Shown here piece by piece: positions 19,145-27,414 of a DNA stretch of 59,062 nucleotides (the first letter of the stretch is position 1; each line of letters begins with the position of its first letter). The notes beneath the pieces were generated by a model. That model saw only the letters and a program-made list of their open reading frames with translations. It was not told the DNA's origin and did no database searches. The position numbers and the translations under genes are program-made. Source of the DNA: a virus (Duplodnaviria > Caudoviricetes); the IMG/VR virus record IMGVR_UViG_3300023179_007765, positions 1-59,062 of that record; one strand, written 5' to 3'.

Positions 19145-19408
19145 ATGCCAACCAGTGTTGCTCTCAGCCCCCATTTTGAAACCTTCATCCGCCAGCAGGT
19201 GGATTCGGGTCGCTTCAACAACGTCAGCGAGGTGGTCCGTGCTGGACTACGTCTGCTCGAAGAGCGCGAAGCCGAACAGGCCACGAAGCTGCAAGCCTTG
19301 CGTGAGGCGATTGCGGTCGGCCTGGCCAGTGGCCCTGGGATTCCGGAAGAGGAGGTCTTTGATCGCCTGGAAGCGAAGTATCGCGCGATGGCTGAGAAAG
19401 CGGTCTGA
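19145..19408 (+). CDS. parD: ParD-family (RHH) antitoxin
   Basis: VDSGRFNNVSEVVRAGLRLLEE. Confidence 0.9.
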   Translation: MPTSVALSPHFETFIRQQVDSGRFNNVSEVVRAGLRLLEEREAEQATKLQALREAIAVGLASGPGIPEEEVFDRLEAKYRAMAEKAV

Positions 19409-19725
19409 TGCGGTTGGAGTTCCAGCCGCAGGCCGAACGCGATCTCGAAGGCATCGGTGACTACATCGCTCAGGACAACCCGCGCCGGGCCATCACTTTC
19501 CTGCAGGAACTTCGCGCGCAGTGCCGCAAAATCCTGGTGGCGCCCCAAGCCTACCGGCCCAGGCCGGAACTCGGCGAAGGCATCCGCTCCTGCGCTTACG
19601 GCAACTACGTGATCTTTTTCACGGAAGATGGTCGCTTGCTGCGGATCATCCGCGTACTGCACGGTGCCATGGACATCGAAGCGCAGTTCACCGAAAAAAA
19701 TTCTGTCCCCGGCGACAAAACCTAG
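19408..19725 (+). CDS. parE: ParE/RelE-family toxin
   Basis: AERDLEGIGDYIAQDNP...RPELGEGIRS...IIRVLHGAMD. Confidence 0.9.
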   Translation: MRLEFQPQAERDLEGIGDYIAQDNPRRAITFLQELRAQCRKILVAPQAYRPRPELGEGIRSCAYGNYVIFFTEDGRLLRIIRVLHGAMDIEAQFTEKNSVPGDKT

Positions 19726-19857
19726 TTGAATGTTTGAACACACAAGGTAGAGTATTCACGTACTGCTGATAACTGCGCCCACCGGGGAGACCTTGGTGGG
19801 CGTTGTCGTTTCTGGGCTGGGCGCTCGCCTGTCTGCCCAGCCTTGGAGAGTCCCCCC

Positions 19858-20061
19858 ATGAAACTTCTCATCACCCGCCCGGTGGTCATCACCGGCGCTG
19901 GCGGTGTGCGCTCGTTCGCCCCCGGCCTGACGGTCGAGGTCGATGCCGCCACCGCTGAACAGATCTTGGCTCAGCAAGCTGGCATTGCTGCCGAGCCGAC
20001 CACCAACGCCGACACCCCAACCACGCCGCGCCGCCGGAAATCCGCCGATGCTGAAACTTGA
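19858..20061 (+). CDS. Phage hypothetical protein
   Basis: Short ORF with an RBS at the start of the late region. Confidence 0.55.
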   Translation: MKLLITRPVVITGAGGVRSFAPGLTVEVDAATAEQILAQQAGIAAEPTTNADTPTTPRRRKSADAET

Positions 20062-20626
20062 TGTCACTGCCGATGTGACCAAGGCGACGGAGCATCTGTC
20101 GGACCTGGCCCGGCAGCACGTTCCGAACGCCACTGCCCGCGCCCTGACCCGCACGGCCTTCGATGCCCGCGATGCGGTTCGCGACGGTCTGCCTGAGCGC
20201 TTCAACCTGCGCCGACCGTGGATCAGCCGGGGCATCGGTGTGACGCCAGCCAAGCCGCGCACGCTGATGGCTGAGGTCTGGTCACGGGATCGCTTCATGG
20301 CGGCGCAGGAGACGGGCGGCAGCCATCCCGATGCGCGACCCATTCCGGCCGGGCGGTTGCGCGAGATGGCACAGACCCGCGTGATCCCCAAGAGCCAGTG
20401 GCTCGATCAGGTCAAGAACAAGCCCACCGTCTTCTACCGGGCGGGGATGCTGTTCGAGCGCCGTGACGAGCGACGCATCCTGGCGCTCTATCTGCTGCGG
20501 CCTAAGGCCCAGATCAAGGTTCAGCCGCGCTTGGGCATGGCCGAGACCATCAGGAGCGTGGCGCAGCGCGAGTACCAGCGGCAGATGGAACGGGCGCTGC
20601 GGGAAGAACTGGCGAAGGCTCAATGA
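20048..20626 (+). CDS. Phage protein (minor tail / gpZ-like)
   Basis: Basic protein, ATARALTRTAFDAR pattern. Confidence 0.5.
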   Translation: MLKLDVTADVTKATEHLSDLARQHVPNATARALTRTAFDARDAVRDGLPERFNLRRPWISRGIGVTPAKPRTLMAEVWSRDRFMAAQETGGSHPDARPIPAGRLREMAQTRVIPKSQWLDQVKNKPTVFYRAGMLFERRDERRILALYLLRPKAQIKVQPRLGMAETIRSVAQREYQRQMERALREELAKAQ

Positions 20627-20655
20627 TGGTGTCTGACGCATCTGACGCATCTGAC

Positions 20656-20760
20656 GGGTCCTCCCGGGCGATCTCAAAAGCGGGGGACGCGCCAACCGCT
20701 TGGCTTGCCTAGCGCCAGCGACAAAAAGAGGTTGCCAGTTGCCACCGAAGTTTCCACTCC
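20656..20760 (+). other. Lambda-like cos site (cosQ, cosN and cosB-like repeats)
   Basis: GGGTCCT (identical to lambda cosQ) at 20656-20662; AAGCGG-[GGGACGCGCCAA]-CCGCTT at 20678-20701; GTTGCCA/GTTTCCA repeats before the small terminase gene. Confidence 0.7.
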
Positions 20761-20813
20761 CAAGGTGATCCACCGCTGACGATTGATTGACCCGCCCGGC
20801 CCGGAGGAATGCG

Positions 20814-21347
20814 ATGGGACTGTCCATCCGGGCCTATGCCCAACACCGTGGCGTGAGCCACACCGCTGTGGCCAAGGCCATCAAGGCCGGGCGTATTCAG
20901 GTCGAGGCCGACGGCAAGATTGATCCGGCTAAGGCCGACGCTCAGTGGGCGCGCAACACGCTGCCGTCGCAGAACCTGAACACCGGCGCTGGCAACTCAC
21001 CAGCGAACGTGGCAACCCCAGCGGTTTCCACCCCGGTTTCCAACCGGGAGGTTTCCGCACCACTGGAAACCCGAGTCAATGCCCCCGATTACCAGACCAG
21101 CCGCGCCATCCGCGAAGCCTACGCCGCACGCCTGGCCAAGCTCGAGTACGAGGAGCGAACGGCCAAGCTGATCAGCAGCGATGAGGTGGAGATGCGCACC
21201 TTCAATCTGGCGCGCCGCCTGCGTGACCGGATGCAGACCTTGCCACGCCGACTCGCAGCCGCCTTGGCTGCCGAGCAAGACCCGCGCGTGATCGAACAAC
21301 GACTGGACGACGAAATCCGCCAGGCCCTCGAGGAGCTTTCTCGATAG
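20814..21347 (+). CDS. Terminase small subunit (Nu1-like)
   Basis: N-terminal HTH SIRAYAQHRGVSHTAVAKAIKAGRI, coiled coil, position after cos. Confidence 0.8.
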   Translation: MGLSIRAYAQHRGVSHTAVAKAIKAGRIQVEADGKIDPAKADAQWARNTLPSQNLNTGAGNSPANVATPAVSTPVSNREVSAPLETRVNAPDYQTSRAIREAYAARLAKLEYEERTAKLISSDEVEMRTFNLARRLRDRMQTLPRRLAAALAAEQDPRVIEQRLDDEIRQALEELSR

Positions 21348-21389
21348 GTCGTGTTGCGGATCGGATCAGCACACCTTTGAGAGACCCCT

Positions 21390-22664
21390 ATGCAAGACAT
21401 CGAACTGCACCACTGGCCGGTGGGAAAACTCATCCCTTACGGACGCAACCCGCGCAAGAACGACCACGTCATCGAACAGATGGCCGGAGCCATCCAGGAA
21501 TTTGGATTTCGCATCCCGATCATCGCCAAGAGCACCGGTGAGGTGGTTGACGGACATCTGAGGCTCAAAGCCGCGCTGCACCTCGGGTTGGAGATGGTGC
21601 CGGTGGTGTTGGCCGATGACCTGACGCCGATGCAGATCAAGGCGTTTCGCATCCTCGCCAACCGCTCGGCCACCTGGGCCGACTGGGATGAGGACCTGCT
21701 GCGTCTGGAGCTGGAAGAGTTGCAGCTCGATGACTTCGACCTGGCGCTCACCGGCTTTGATGACGACGAGATCGCTGAACTGCTGGCCGGCGAGGAAAGC
21801 ACCACCGAGGGCCATACCGACGAAGATGCCGCCCCTGAGGTTCCGGTCACGCCAGTGTCCAAGTCTGGTGACGTCTGGATCATGGGCAAGCACCGACTGC
21901 TGTGTGGCGACAGCACCGATGCCGCGAGCTTTGCCCTGCTGATGGCTGGCGAGAAGGCCACGATGGTTTTCACCGACCCACCCTACAACGTCGACTACGC
22001 CAACAGCGCGAAGGACAAGATGCGCGGCACCAACCGCCCGATCCTGAACGACAACCTCGGCGACGGTTTTCAGGACTTTTTGCTCAATGCTTTCAAGCCC
22101 ACCCTGGCGCATTGCTCGGGTGCCATCTACGTGGCGATGTCCTCCAGTGAACTCGACACCCTGCAAGCAGCCTTCCGTGCTGCGGGCGGCAAATGGTCGA
22201 CCTTCATCATCTGGGCCAAGAACACCTTCACGCTGGGGCGCTCCGACTACCAGCGCCAGTACGAGCCGATCCTCTATGGTTGGCCCGAGGGCGCTACCCG
22301 CCACTGGTGCGGCGACCGCGACCAGGGTGATGTGTGGAACTTTAACAAGCCGCGCGTCAACGATCTGCACCCGACGATGAAGCCAGTGGAGCTGGTCGAG
22401 CGGGCGATTCGCAACTCCAGCCGTCCAGGCGATGTGGTGCTCGATCCCTTCGGCGGCTCGGGCACAACGCTGATTGCGGCCGAGAAATCGGGTCGTCAGG
22501 CACGGCTCATCGAGCTCGATCCCAAGTACGTTGATGTGATTGTTCGCCGCTGGCAGGAATACGCTGGCACCCATGCGGTGCGGGAAGCGGATGGGGTGAA
22601 ATTCGATGACCTGGTCAGCACGGTGGATGCTTCCGATGAGGTTGATGCCGAGGAGGCGCTGTGA
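21390..22664 (+). CDS. ParB-domain plus N6-adenine/N4-cytosine DNA methyltransferase
   Basis: VVDGHLRL, FTDPPY, HPTMKP, VLDPFGGSGTT. Confidence 0.92.
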   Translation: MQDIELHHWPVGKLIPYGRNPRKNDHVIEQMAGAIQEFGFRIPIIAKSTGEVVDGHLRLKAALHLGLEMVPVVLADDLTPMQIKAFRILANRSATWADWDEDLLRLELEELQLDDFDLALTGFDDDEIAELLAGEESTTEGHTDEDAAPEVPVTPVSKSGDVWIMGKHRLLCGDSTDAASFALLMAGEKATMVFTDPPYNVDYANSAKDKMRGTNRPILNDNLGDGFQDFLLNAFKPTLAHCSGAIYVAMSSSELDTLQAAFRAAGGKWSTFIIWAKNTFTLGRSDYQRQYEPILYGWPEGATRHWCGDRDQGDVWNFNKPRVNDLHPTMKPVELVERAIRNSSRPGDVVLDPFGGSGTTLIAAEKSGRQARLIELDPKYVDVIVRRWQEYAGTHAVREADGVKFDDLVSTVDASDEVDAEEAL

Positions 22665-22897
22665 GGCAATCGCGCTGGATGTCGCTGCTGGAAGCTGTGA
22701 CCAATGTGCTGGTCGGGTATGGCGTGGCGGTGGCGACCCAGTGGGCGGTTTTTCCGCTGTTTGGTCTGCACGCCACGCTACAGGAGAACTTGCTGATCGG
22801 CCTGATTTTTACCGTCGTCTCTTTGATTCGAAGCTACCTGCTGCGCAGGGCGTTTGAGGGGCTGCGCTTGCGTCAGCTGTCCGGAAACTCCGGATAA
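22661..22897 (+). CDS. Small phage membrane protein
   Basis: QSRWMSLLEAVTNVLVGY..., two hydrophobic segments. Confidence 0.7.
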   Translation: MRQSRWMSLLEAVTNVLVGYGVAVATQWAVFPLFGLHATLQENLLIGLIFTVVSLIRSYLLRRAFEGLRLRQLSGNSG

Positions 22898-23079
22898 AGA
22901 TCGCCGCTGCTGATGTCGGCGATGTAGGTGACGTCGCGGAACTCTCCGGGCGCGTCGGCCAAGATCACGCCGCCAACTGACTGGATCGCCACCCCGTACA
23001 TGCGGGTGAGTGCCGTCAGTTCGGCGATGAACTGGTCGTAGTTGGCTTCGAGTTGTGGGGTGGTGGAGATGGTGGTCAC
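22873..23079 (-). CDS. Hypothetical protein
   Basis: 68-aa ORF with RBS gaggag in the leftward cassette. Confidence 0.6.
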   Translation of the reverse strand: MTTISTTPQLEANYDQFIAELTALTRMYGVAIQSVGGVILADAPGEFRDVTYIADISSGDLYPEFPDS

Positions 23080-23089
23080 GTTGTGCTCC

Positions 23090-23470
23090 TCACGCCGCCA
23101 GGGATTCTTCGACGCTCAGTTCCGTGATTTCGCAGTGGATCACGAAGCCCGTCAGGTAGGGCAGGCCCTTGGGGATGCCGTACTGCTTGCTGGTGCTGCG
23201 GCCAATGGTCCAGCCCATCCAACGCTGGGTGGCCTGCGCGATGGCGTCGGCGAGGGTGGCGCCGGCAAAGAGCCCGTTTTGTACATCATCGGCAAAGTGG
23301 CGACCGTGGCGGCTGTCGAGGAAGATGCGGACCGACTCCAGCGGCTGGCAGGTGGCGTCCGAGATGGCAGTCATGGCCAGCGGCCAGGCGGTTTCGGCCT
23401 GCTCGTTCATCGTGCCGTAAAAGCCCCAGGCGTCGTTCTGGGTGCCGGGGATCGGGGTGGTAGCGTTCAT
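23090..23470 (-). CDS. Phage hypothetical protein
   Basis: WGFYGTM...FLDSRHGRHFADDV; RBS aaggag. Confidence 0.7.
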   Translation of the reverse strand: MNATTPIPGTQNDAWGFYGTMNEQAETAWPLAMTAISDATCQPLESVRIFLDSRHGRHFADDVQNGLFAGATLADAIAQATQRWMGWTIGRSTSKQYGIPKGLPYLTGFVIHCEITELSVEESLAA

Positions 23471-23505
23471 TTTTGTCTCCTTGCGGGTGGTGTTTCGTTG
23501 GGTCT

Positions 23506-23536
23506 ATGAACGCTCTACCCGGATGGAATAGCAAGC
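23506..23536 (-). promoter_or_regulatory. 31-bp promoter-like motif, copy 1
   Basis: atgaacgctctacccggatggaatagcaagc on the + strand; related to copies at 24810 and 25229. Confidence 0.65.
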
Positions 23537-23586
23537 AGAAGATCGACTATTTTTGATCAAGTTGGGGGTGTACCACAGCGCCCGCC

Positions 23587-23946
23587 TCAGCCCAAGCGCG
23601 CCACGTAGCGAGCGTAATCGCTGCCCTCGGGATTGACGTAGAGATAGGGGCGACCGGGTGCCGTGACTTCCACGCACAGGTAGCCGCCGTCCATCCCCCC
23701 CCCTTTGCCGGCCAGCCAATCGCGCGAGGCCATCAAGCTGCGCGCAAAGGCATCGAACTCGGCCGGGGTCATCACTCGCGTCTCGGTCACAAAGACCTTG
23801 GTCTGGCCATGACCGCCGACCTCATCGAGATTGACCGGCTTGCGGGCAAAGGGCAGACGTACCCCCAACTCCTCCACGACCACTGGCTGGCCGTTGATCG
23901 TCAAGGTGCGAGGTGTGCGCTCGATGGTCAGGGTCATGGTGCTCAT
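23587..23946 (-). CDS. Hypothetical protein
   Basis: MSTMTLTIERTPR...YVNPEGSDYARYV; coupled to the DUF3489 gene. Confidence 0.65.
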   Translation of the reverse strand: MSTMTLTIERTPRTLTINGQPVVVEELGVRLPFARKPVNLDEVGGHGQTKVFVTETRVMTPAEFDAFARSLMASRDWLAGKGGGMDGGYLCVEVTAPGRPYLYVNPEGSDYARYVARLG

Positions 23947-24530
23947 GCGCTGACCTCCTCGGCGATGCGGTAGAGACGCTGCCCAGCGCCTGGGGTGCCG
24001 GCGGGGCCTTCGATTTTTTCGGAGACGATGGCGAGGCCCAGCTTTTTCTTGAGCGCGCCAGCAAAGGTGCCGCGCACGGTGTGGGCCTGCCAACCGGTGG
24101 CCTCACAGATCTGCGCGATGGTCACGCCCTCGGGGCGCTTCAACATTTCGATTACCAGCGCCTGCTTGCTGTGGCCGCGACCGGTTTGGGCAGGTTCACT
24201 GGCTGGTGTGGCCAAGGATGCTGTAGCCGTGGCGGCGGCGGTGGTGGTGGCGATTGCGTCCTCCTCGGTGGCGTTATTTGCTGCCACAGGGCTCGGCAAC
24301 ACCTCCTCAGGCTTGGCGTCGCCCTTGATGATCGCGATAGCGGTGCGCGTGATGCGCCACTGGCCATCAGCTTGTTCGATCAGGTGGCGGCTGGCGAGGC
24401 TGGCAATCATCTTCAGCTTGGCGCCACCCTTGAGCTCGAGCAGCGGCTCGATCAGGCCATTGGCATCGCAATGGGCGCGGGTGATCAAGTCAAGTTGGCG
24501 TTCTGTGATGGGTGCAATCTGGTTGCTCAT
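23943..24530 (-). CDS. DUF3489-domain (wHTH) protein
   Basis: SKQALVIEMLKRPEGVTIAQICEATGWQAHTVRG. Confidence 0.85.
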   Translation of the reverse strand: MSNQIAPITERQLDLITRAHCDANGLIEPLLELKGGAKLKMIASLASRHLIEQADGQWRITRTAIAIIKGDAKPEEVLPSPVAANNATEEDAIATTTAAATATASLATPASEPAQTGRGHSKQALVIEMLKRPEGVTIAQICEATGWQAHTVRGTFAGALKKKLGLAIVSEKIEGPAGTPGAGQRLYRIAEEVSA

Positions 24531-24559
24531 GGTGATTTCTCCTTCGGTGGTGGGTGGGC

Positions 24560-24775
24560 TCAGGCGGCTTTCTGGGCGGCAGCCAGGCCGGCTTGGTAGG
24601 CGGCGATCAGGGCCTCCTTGACGCCCCAGACGCTGACATCGTGGAAGTCCAGCGAGTCGCTCTTGCGGGTTTTCAGGGTGTCAATGAAGAGGTGTTCCTG
24701 GGCGATCCGGGTCAGCAGTGCATCCAGCGTCTGGGCAGTGTTGCGGCGGGTTTTGCGGGGCGTGGTCTTGGGCAT
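24560..24775 (-). CDS. DUF6900-like small protein
   Basis: IAQEHLFIDTLKTRKSDSLDFHDVSVW. Confidence 0.75.
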   Translation of the reverse strand: MPKTTPRKTRRNTAQTLDALLTRIAQEHLFIDTLKTRKSDSLDFHDVSVWGVKEALIAAYQAGLAAAQKAA

Positions 24776-24809
24776 TTCAATCTCCGTTTTGGTGTGTGGG
24801 CGTGTCTGT

Positions 24810-24840
24810 ATGAACGCTCTGTTCGGCGCAGAAGCCAAGC
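24810..24840 (-). promoter_or_regulatory. 31-bp promoter-like motif, copy 2
   Basis: atgaacgctctgttcggcgcagaagccaagc. Confidence 0.7.
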
Positions 24841-25191
24841 TCATTCCAGCGATTTCGCATCTATTTCTCCATCAACTTCTTCGCCGAGGCTTTCGGTGAG
24901 CGGGTCGGACGCGCAGTCGTCCTCGTCCTCTTCACCAAAGGCCTCGGCGATCTCCTGGATGGTGTCTTCCATGGTCACCATCGAGCCGCCCAGGTAGCCG
25001 TGATCGCGCGAGAGCGCGCAGACGATGTGCGGAATCCAGTAGGACTCGGCGCGCAGCCGGGCGCCGTCGAATCCGGACTGGCGCAGCAGGTACTCGGCGC
25101 GCTGCACGGCATCGAGCAATTCGCTCTGGATGTCGCGCAGTTCATCGATCAGCAGGTCGTGCTCGGGGCTGGTGGGATGGTGTTGGCTCAT
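24841..25191 (-). CDS. Acidic hypothetical protein
   Basis: RBS aaggag; very acidic C-terminus. Confidence 0.65.
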   Translation of the reverse strand: MSQHHPTSPEHDLLIDELRDIQSELLDAVQRAEYLLRQSGFDGARLRAESYWIPHIVCALSRDHGYLGGSMVTMEDTIQEIAEAFGEEDEDDCASDPLTESLGEEVDGEIDAKSLE

Positions 25192-25228
25192 GGCGGTGCT
25201 CCTTTCAAAAGCGTGTGTCGATGGGTTC

Positions 25229-25259
25229 ATTCACGCTCTGTTCGCCCCAGAAGCCAAGC
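25229..25259 (-). promoter_or_regulatory. 31-bp promoter-like motif, copy 3
   Basis: attcacgctctgttcgccccagaagccaagc. Confidence 0.7.
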
Positions 25260-25303
25260 GGGTTCTGCTTGTTTTATGAACAATTTTTCAGCGGGGGTGG
25301 CGT

Positions 25304-27166
25304 GTGTCGGACACAGTTGAATCCCTCGTTGACGCAGCCTGGAAACGGGGCCTTGCCCCCGACCCCATCCTCACTGTCGATGACTGGGCTAACCGCCACC
25401 GGATGCTCTCGTCGGTGGCCTCCGCCGAACCGGGGCGCTGGGCGACCAGCCGAACGCCGTACCTGAAAGCCGTGATGGAAACGCTGTCGGCGACCACGCG
25501 CGTGGAGCGCGTGGTGCTGATGGCCGGGGCGCAAATCGGCAAGACCGAAGCCGGATTGAACTGGCTGGGCTACGTCATCCACCACGCTCCCGGCCCGATG
25601 CTGCTGGTGCAACCCACGGTGGAAGGCGCCAAGCGCGTCTCCAAGCAGCGCGTCGATGCGCTGATCGAAGCCAGCCCCGAGCTGGCCAGCCGCGTCAAAG
25701 ACCCCCGCAGCCGCGATTCGGGCAACACTCAGCTGATGAAGGAATTCCCCGGTGGCGTGCTGATCATGACCGGCGCCAACAGTGCCGTGGGCCTGCGCTC
25801 GATGCCGGTGCGCTACCTGTTTCTCGATGAGGTGGATGGTTATCCGGGCGATGCCGATGGCGAAGGTGATCCGGTGGCGCTGGCCGTGCAACGGGCGGCG
25901 ACCTTCGTCAATCGCAAGGTCTATCTCTGCTCAACCCCGACCCTGAAAGGCTACTCGCGCATCGAGGCGGCCTACCTGGAGTCGGACCAGCGGGTGTTCG
26001 AGGTGCCCTGCGATCACTGCGGGGCGCACAACCAGATCCAGTGGCGGGACATCCGCTGGCCCAAAGACAAGATGGCGGGCGCCGCCTGGCACTGCCCGCA
26101 GTGCGACGGCATCCACTCCGAGTACCGCAAGCCGGCGCTGTTGGCCAGCGGTCGCTGGACGGCTAAGGCCGAGGGCGATGGCAAGACGGTGGGCTTCCAC
26201 CTCTCCAGCCTGTACAGCCCGTGGTTGACCTGGGGCGAGATCGCGCAGGAGCACCACGCCGCCAAGGACGATCCGGTGCGGCTCAAAGTCTGGGTGAACA
26301 CCAAGCTGGCCGAGACCTGGGAAGACCTGGAGGGAGAGACCTTGGATGCTGAAGGTCTGATGGAACGCCGCGAAGCCTACGGGCCGGCGATTCCTGCCGA
26401 GGTGGCACTGCTCACCTGCGGCATCGATGTGCAGGATGACCGCCTGGAGTTGGAGGTGGTCGGTTGGGGCCGGGACGAGGAGTCCTGGTCCATCGACTAC
26501 AAGGTGCTGTGGGGTGACCCGTCGGCACCGGACACCTGGTCTCAACTGGATGCCTATCTTGGCAACCGTTTCGAGCACGAGACTTTGGCCAACGGCCTGA
26601 CGATTGAAGCCGCGTGTCTCGACACCGGTGGCCACCACACCCTGGCGGCCTATGCCTTTTGCAAGGGCCGTGAGCGCAAACGCATCTGGGCGATCAAGGG
26701 GGGCTCGGGCAAACGCCCGATCTGGCCCAAGCGCCCGAGCAAGGCAAACAAGGGCAAGGTCAATCTGTTCACCGTCGGCGTGGATGCGGCCAAGGAGGCG
26801 ATCTATGCCCGCCTGAAGAAGTCCGAGGCTGGTGCTGGCGCGATGCATTTCCCGCTGGACCGGGATGCGCAGTATTTCGAGCAGCTGACCGCCGAGCGCA
26901 TTCGCACCCGCTATGTGAAGGGCTTCCCGCAGCGTTTCTGGTGGAAACCGGATGGTCGGCGCAACGAAGCGCTGGACTGCCGCGTGTACGCCTACGCCGC
27001 ATTGCACGGCCTGTTGTCGATGGGCCTGAATCTGAACAAACGGGTGGAGGCGCTGCCGCCGGTGCCCGTCAATCGCAAGGCTGCCAGCAACGCCACACCC
27101 GTGACTGTGCCCATGACCGTCAGCCCGCGTCGTCGGCGCATGGCGATTTCTTCCAACTACCTCTGA
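25304..27166 (+). CDS. Terminase large subunit (lambda GpA family)
   Basis: AQIGKTE, LFLDEVDGY, CSTPT, GIDVQDDR, RNEALDC. Confidence 0.95.
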   Translation: MSDTVESLVDAAWKRGLAPDPILTVDDWANRHRMLSSVASAEPGRWATSRTPYLKAVMETLSATTRVERVVLMAGAQIGKTEAGLNWLGYVIHHAPGPMLLVQPTVEGAKRVSKQRVDALIEASPELASRVKDPRSRDSGNTQLMKEFPGGVLIMTGANSAVGLRSMPVRYLFLDEVDGYPGDADGEGDPVALAVQRAATFVNRKVYLCSTPTLKGYSRIEAAYLESDQRVFEVPCDHCGAHNQIQWRDIRWPKDKMAGAAWHCPQCDGIHSEYRKPALLASGRWTAKAEGDGKTVGFHLSSLYSPWLTWGEIAQEHHAAKDDPVRLKVWVNTKLAETWEDLEGETLDAEGLMERREAYGPAIPAEVALLTCGIDVQDDRLELEVVGWGRDEESWSIDYKVLWGDPSAPDTWSQLDAYLGNRFEHETLANGLTIEAACLDTGGHHTLAAYAFCKGRERKRIWAIKGGSGKRPIWPKRPSKANKGKVNLFTVGVDAAKEAIYARLKKSEAGAGAMHFPLDRDAQYFEQLTAERIRTRYVKGFPQRFWWKPDGRRNEALDCRVYAYAALHGLLSMGLNLNKRVEALPPVPVNRKAASNATPVTVPMTVSPRRRRMAISSNYL

Positions 27167-27201
27167 TACCGCCAGCCTCCCGCTGGCCGGGAGTGCTGTC
27201 C

Positions 27202-27414
27202 ATGACCCTCGAACAACTCAAGGCCCAGCGCGAAGCCCTGCAGGCCGCCCGCTTCAATGGTGTGCTCACCGTGAAGGCCGGCGACAAGTGGGTCACCTAC
27301 AAGTCCGATGCTGAACTGCAGTCGGCACAGGGAGATCTGGATCGCGAGATCGCCAAGGTAGAAGGTCGACCGCGTGCCCGGCGCATCCGCACTTACGCCG
27401 GGAAGGGGTTGTGA
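27202..27414 (+). CDS. Head-tail joining protein (gpW-like)
   Basis: Small ORF between terminase and portal; VTYKSDAEL. Confidence 0.75.
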   Translation: MTLEQLKAQREALQAARFNGVLTVKAGDKWVTYKSDAELQSAQGDLDREIAKVEGRPRARRIRTYAGKGL

